From: Candidatus Eiseniibacteriota bacterium
GTDB taxonomy: Bacteria > Eisenbacteria > RBG-16-71-46 > JABDJR01 > JAWXBZ01
Reading direction: 5' to 3'
Assembly (NCBI GenBank): GCA_034440375.1
Contig: JAWXBZ010000208.1
Location: forward strand, 1 to 11,829
Length of the DNA: 11,829 nt
The translations under genes and the position numbers were made by a program. This document shows, piece by piece, positions 8,036 through 11,829 of the stretch. How positions within the stretch are numbered: the stretch's first letter is position 1; every line of letters begins with the position of its first letter. The notes beneath the pieces are model-generated. The model saw only the letters and a list, made by a program, of their open reading frames with translations, did not search any database and had not been told where the DNA came from.

Positions 8036-9085
8036 ATGAGCTACGCGCGTGCCCGGCTCTGGCTGGGAATAGCAACCGTCGGCACGCTCACCCTGGCCGC
8101 CTCCCTGGCCCTGGTATCTGGACTCCCCGGGCGTCTCCTCGATCACCAGGGCTTTTTATACGACCTGCGCGGACTCGCATTCGTCCTGCTGGGTTACGTG
8201 GCCATCAGCGCGCCCTTCGACTGGATTGGTGGCTTCATCCTGCCCCGTCGCCATGGCCGATCCCACGCGACGGAGGGACGATTCGGCGCGCCGGGCGGGA
8301 TTTTCGGATTTACGGCGCTTTCCATCGGTCTCCTCGCATTTCAGTTTCCCCTGGCCAGGATCGTAGGCGGATTCGGATATCAACGCGGTGGCAAGGACCT
8401 TCCCGGAGCCTCGGTCAATCGCGCGCACGGGCGGGACATTTTGATGGCCGACGCCAGGGATGAAGGCTTCGTCGGCGGCCTGATCGGACTGCCCGGACTT
8501 GAGAGGCTGGTGCTGCCCAAGGCCTGGCTACATGAACTCAAGTCCGATGAATTGGCGATCCAGCTGGCACGGCGCGAGGCGGCACTGGCCACGGGGTCGC
8601 GGCTGCGCGGCGTGATCCTCGCGCTGGCCTGGAACGTGGCCGGCTTCATCCTCTCCGCGCGCCTGACGGGCTCTGATACGGGGACGCTCTCCGGGCTCGT
8701 GACCACGGCGATCGGCTTCACGCTCTGGTCGTTCATCGGGCTGCTCCTGTTGCCCACGCCAAGCCGGGCCGGAGTGTTCGAGGTCGACCATGCCATCGGG
8801 GCGAAGGGCTTCTCTCCCTTTGCTGTGGAACGCCTGCTGCGCATCCTCGACGCCCGGCAGGATGGCGAACCTGATCGACCGGCCGGTGTTGAGATGATCT
8901 TCCATCCCGTGCCCGCCTTGGGCAGCCGCCTCGCGTCGATGCGCCGAGCCAAGGCTGGAAACGGTTGCTGGCACGCGGCGCGAATGGTACTGCCGCTCTC
9001 CTGGGCCGGTCTCGGGTTCCTGTCCCGCGCGGTGCACTGCAATTGTGGCCGCCCGGAACTCTGGGTCCTGCTGCCGGGGGACTGA
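8036..9085 (+). CDS. Multi-pass membrane protein, M48/Ste24-like layout but lacking HEXXH
   Basis: Several hydrophobic segments. RLVLP..LKSDELAIQLARREA sits where M48 has LxxxELxAVxAHE, and IFHPVPALGSRL resembles the M48 HP motif. The C-terminus has SRAVHCNCGRPELW. Confidence 0.8.
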   Translation: MSYARARLWLGIATVGTLTLAASLALVSGLPGRLLDHQGFLYDLRGLAFVLLGYVAISAPFDWIGGFILPRRHGRSHATEGRFGAPGGIFGFTALSIGLLAFQFPLARIVGGFGYQRGGKDLPGASVNRAHGRDILMADARDEGFVGGLIGLPGLERLVLPKAWLHELKSDELAIQLARREAALATGSRLRGVILALAWNVAGFILSARLTGSDTGTLSGLVTTAIGFTLWSFIGLLLLPTPSRAGVFEVDHAIGAKGFSPFAVERLLRILDARQDGEPDRPAGVEMIFHPVPALGSRLASMRRAKAGNGCWHAARMVLPLSWAGLGFLSRAVHCNCGRPELWVLLPGD

Positions 9086-9147
9086 ACGGCCCAACCGGGG
9101 CCATGGATGCCGAAATCCGCTGCGAGGCGTCATTCGCCATTCCCCGC

Positions 9148-10656
9148 TCACAGCTTCTTCAGAAAGGCCGCTGCCTGCCGTTGGACGGTTTGCCGCTCCG
9201 CCTCGTTCAAATGCTTCAGGCCGAGCACGTTCGGCCCCATGCGCGGGTTGGCTCGCAACTGGCGTTCGAACCGCAGCAGGAAATTCCAGTAGAGAAAATT
9301 GAACGGACAGGCGTCATCGCCCGTGCGCGCTTTCGGATCAAAGCGGCAGCCTTTGCAATAGTCGCTCATCCTGTTGATGTAGGCCGCAGAGGCGATGTAA
9401 GGCTTCGTTCCCACCACGCCGCCGTCCGCGCACAGGCCCAGGCCGATGACGTTTGGCGTGACGACCCAATCGTAGGCATCCACGTAGCCATCCAGAAACC
9501 AGTCGTTGACATCCTTCGGCTTGATTCCGGCGATCAGCGCGAAATTGCACAGCACCATCAGCCGTTCGATGTGGTGGCTGTAGCCCGTCTCCAACACGCG
9601 TCCGATTACCTGATGCAGGCAGTTCATCTCCGTTTGTGCCGACCAGAAGAAGTCGGGCAGGGGCTGCTCGGCTTGCCAGTGGTTGCGTTCGTGAAAGCCC
9701 GGCATCATCCGGTGATACCGCCAGTAGACATATTCGCGCCAGCCGATGATCTGCCGGATGAACCCTTCGACCGAATTGATCGGCGCTGCGCCGGCGTGAT
9801 AGGCCGCCTCGGCGCGCCGCACCACCTCCAGCGGTCCAAGCAGCCCGATGTTCATCAGAGGCGAGAGCACGGAGTGAAAAAGGATCGGCTCGCGCGCAGC
9901 CATCGCATCTTCAAACGCGCCGAATTGCGGCAGCCGGTGGACGATGAAATCGTCGAGCGTTTGCAGCGCCTGCTCGCGCGTCACGGCCATCGCAAAGCCG
10001 CGGGTTGAACCCATGCTGCTCTTCGCCTCTCGCTCGACTTTGGCCATCACCTCTGCCGTGATCGCGTCCGGCGCGAATTGGATCGGCGGCATCGGGCGGA
10101 TCTTGCTGTCATAAGGCTTTCGGTTTTCGCGATCAAAGTTCCACTCACCACCGATGGGGTCTCCCGTCGCGTCGAGCAATACGCCGAAATGCCTACGCAT
10201 CGCCCGGTAGAAAAATTCGAGCACTAATTTCCTGCCCGACTTTTCTTCCGGCGCAAACCGCTCACAGAGAAAGTGACCATTGGGAATGATCTCGATCTCC
10301 GCGTCAAGATCGTCTTTAAGTTGATGCTGCCGCTGTCGCGCCTGCCATTCGGCGGCTTCCATCATGTACAATTTCCGGCTTCCCGTTTCGCGCAGGTGCG
10401 CCCGCAATTCGGCGCCGAAAGACGCTCCCTCCCGATAGTCCACGCGCCAGCCCGCACGGCGCAGCGCGTCAGCGTAATGACGCATCGCCGAAAGCATGAG
10501 CGTGGCTTTCTGTTTGTGAGGGGGCCGCTCGTCAAGCTGGTCGGGCGAGTCGATCATCACGACAACCCGCCGCGATTGGTGCGCGGAATCGAGCAGCGGA
10601 TGATCGGGCATCAACTGGTCACCTGGAATCCAGGCTGATTCGAGGGCGTCTTTCAT
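9148..10656 (-). CDS. Cryptochrome/photolyase family protein, FeS-BCP (PhrB/CryB-like bacterial (6-4) photolyase) type
   Basis: Motifs GDQL, HKQK..SAMRHYA, EFFYRAMR, GGEWNFDRENR, FGAFEDAM, LFHSVLSPLMNIGLL, EGFIRQIIGWREY, HHIERLM and KPYIASAAYINRMSDY. Four Fe-S cysteines (MNC, YCKGC, ACPF). ATG at 10656 is preferred over GTG at 10680. Confidence 0.93.
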   Translation of the reverse strand: MKDALESAWIPGDQLMPDHPLLDSAHQSRRVVVMIDSPDQLDERPPHKQKATLMLSAMRHYADALRRAGWRVDYREGASFGAELRAHLRETGSRKLYMMEAAEWQARQRQHQLKDDLDAEIEIIPNGHFLCERFAPEEKSGRKLVLEFFYRAMRRHFGVLLDATGDPIGGEWNFDRENRKPYDSKIRPMPPIQFAPDAITAEVMAKVEREAKSSMGSTRGFAMAVTREQALQTLDDFIVHRLPQFGAFEDAMAAREPILFHSVLSPLMNIGLLGPLEVVRRAEAAYHAGAAPINSVEGFIRQIIGWREYVYWRYHRMMPGFHERNHWQAEQPLPDFFWSAQTEMNCLHQVIGRVLETGYSHHIERLMVLCNFALIAGIKPKDVNDWFLDGYVDAYDWVVTPNVIGLGLCADGGVVGTKPYIASAAYINRMSDYCKGCRFDPKARTGDDACPFNFLYWNFLLRFERQLRANPRMGPNVLGLKHLNEAERQTVQRQAAAFLKKL

Positions 10657-10894
10657 CTGGCCGGGATCGCGGAAGCCCACTCGTCCAGGGGCGCGGCATC
10701 GGGATTTCTAAACCAGGGCTTGGGGCTGTAACTTTCCGGGTTCTTAACCGCCCGGCGCAGGTCCCGGGCGGAACCGCGTACTTTGTCCTGGGGCATGGCG
10801 GTGACCTCTTGGGTGGACGATGCGGCAAGCGCGCGGCGGCCGCTGGACGACCCTGATCTTACGCCCATTGCCCGGTACTCGGCCTGCCGCCCGG

Positions 10895-10955
10895 CCGGTC
10901 TTAAAAACCGGCGAGCCGAGAGGCTCCGTGAGTTCGAATCTCACTCCCTCCGCCA
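10895..10955 (+). tRNA. tRNA-Ser-derived 3' fragment 3 with TAA anticodon variant (att site)
   Basis: CCGGT-CTTAAAA-ACCGG, variable arm GAGCC-GAGA-GGCTC, identical T arm, then TCCCTCC-G-CCA. The 5' half is absent. Confidence 0.9.
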
Positions 10956-11117
10956 AGTTGCAAGACTTCCTGGGATTGACAAGGTCCGGTGCCAAGCTTA
11001 GGGAGGCCGGGAGTACCAAATCGAACTGTCTGCAGGACGGGGAGCTTACGAGACAACGATCCTCACGGCTCGCTAACTACTTGTCCGAATCCGCGCTAAT
11101 GTCTTTGTTGGGGCTCC

Positions 11118-11147
11118 TTGACAGAATGACCCACCAAGCTTTAGTCT
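11118..11147 (+). promoter_or_regulatory. Sigma70-type promoter of TA operon
   Basis: TTGACA (11118-11123), N18, TAGTCT (11142-11147), upstream of the antitoxin. Confidence 0.6.
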
Positions 11148-11187
11148 AACAGTACGACTTTCTAACTCTAGCTCTTTGCTCCCAACT

Positions 11188-11499
11188 ATGAGTGCCGAAA
11201 TGGCCACCAAAGCCCGCATTCGCCGGAAATTTCAGGTCACGATCCCCCAGGAGGTGCGGGAAGCCTACCCTTTGGAAGAGGGTCAGTATGTAAACGTCGA
11301 AGCCACGCCTCGCGGCATCCTCATAACTCAGACTCGAGAAGTGGACGCTGCTCAGACTTGGTTTTGGAGCCCACGCTGGGCTGACATGGAGCGCTCTGCT
11401 GATGAGGACTTCCGTGCCGGCCGGATAACCGAGACGCCATCGGCTGAAGCCGCAATTGCCGCCCTCAAAAGGAAACCAGGCAGTCCGAAGCGGAAATGA
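11188..11499 (+). CDS. AbrB/MazE/SpoVT-family antitoxin
   Basis: KFQVTIPQEVREAYPLEEGQYV..GILI swapped-hairpin motif and C-terminal QTWFWSPRW..ERSADED..GR. The start is ATG 11188 or 11200. Confidence 0.88.
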   Translation: MSAEMATKARIRRKFQVTIPQEVREAYPLEEGQYVNVEATPRGILITQTREVDAAQTWFWSPRWADMERSADEDFRAGRITETPSAEAAIAALKRKPGSPKRK

Positions 11500-11768
11500 A
11501 GGTTGCCTTTTCGCGGACCTTTCACGAGAACTACCAAGTTCTCCCTTCCAGCATCCAGAAACGCGTTGACAAGACCATCCGGTTCTTGGCCTCGAAGCAG
11601 GTGAACAAACCGTTTCACCCCAGTCTACGCGCCAAGCGCATCAAGGGCACAGCGGACATCTGGGAGGCGAGTGTGACCATGAAGTACCGCCTCACGTTTC
11701 AGATTCACGAAGACACCTTATACCTGCGCGTTGTCGGAGATCATGATCCAACACTCAAGAACCCATAA
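11496..11768 (+). CDS. RelE/ParE-superfamily toxin (probable mRNA interferase)
   Basis: ATGA overlap with the antitoxin. 90 aa basic protein with FSRTF..Y..L, HPSLRAKRIKG..IWEASV..YRLTF and VGDHD. Confidence 0.85.
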   Translation: MKVAFSRTFHENYQVLPSSIQKRVDKTIRFLASKQVNKPFHPSLRAKRIKGTADIWEASVTMKYRLTFQIHEDTLYLRVVGDHDPTLKNP

Positions 11769-11829
11769 CTAAGGGAATTCCGCATCTGGACACCAATCCA
11801 TGCAATCCTGGAATCGACTAAAAGATTCA

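Noticed and set aside
9088-9102. Terminator between convergent genes (GGCCC-N5-GGGCC)
   Set aside because: Only a 5-bp stem, with no U tract on either strand.
8965-10008. 347-aa plus-strand ORF
   Set aside because: Antisense shadow of the photolyase-family gene.
10895-10955. tRNA-Leu(TAA)
   Set aside because: The discriminator is G (Leu uses A) and the rest matches the Ser fragments, so it is best explained as a point variant.
10744-11149. ORFs 10744-11019(-), 10820-11149(+) and similarly 7059-7358(+), which share peptide motifs such as VLKTGE..GSVSSNLT
   Set aside because: The shared motifs are just translations of the tRNA fragments.

Overview
High-GC bacterial accessory DNA, organised as a tandem array of small integrase-free modules. 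The modules are separated by three same-strand 3' fragments of tRNA-Ser (about 3558-3618, 7100-7158, 10895-10955) that look like attR-type scars. Left to right: (i) the end of a probable IS630 element interrupting a frameshifted S8 peptidase gene with a FlgD-Ig/T9SS-like C-terminus, then a TolB/PD40 lipoprotein; (ii) about 650 bp of non-coding DNA rich in integrase arm-like repeats with an IHF consensus site, then tRNA fragment 1; (iii) a Ser/Thr kinase-PD40 fusion and an IS91 (HUH) transposase relic, then fragment 2; (iv) a three-gene hypothetical operon convergent on an FeS-type cryptochrome/(6-4) photolyase, then fragment 3, whose anticodon reads TAA instead of TGA; (v) an AbrB/MazE-like plus RelE/ParE-like toxin-antitoxin pair. 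The gene styles suggest an FCB-group or Acidobacteria-like host, but this is inference only. All family calls come from motif recognition by eye; no database search was run.
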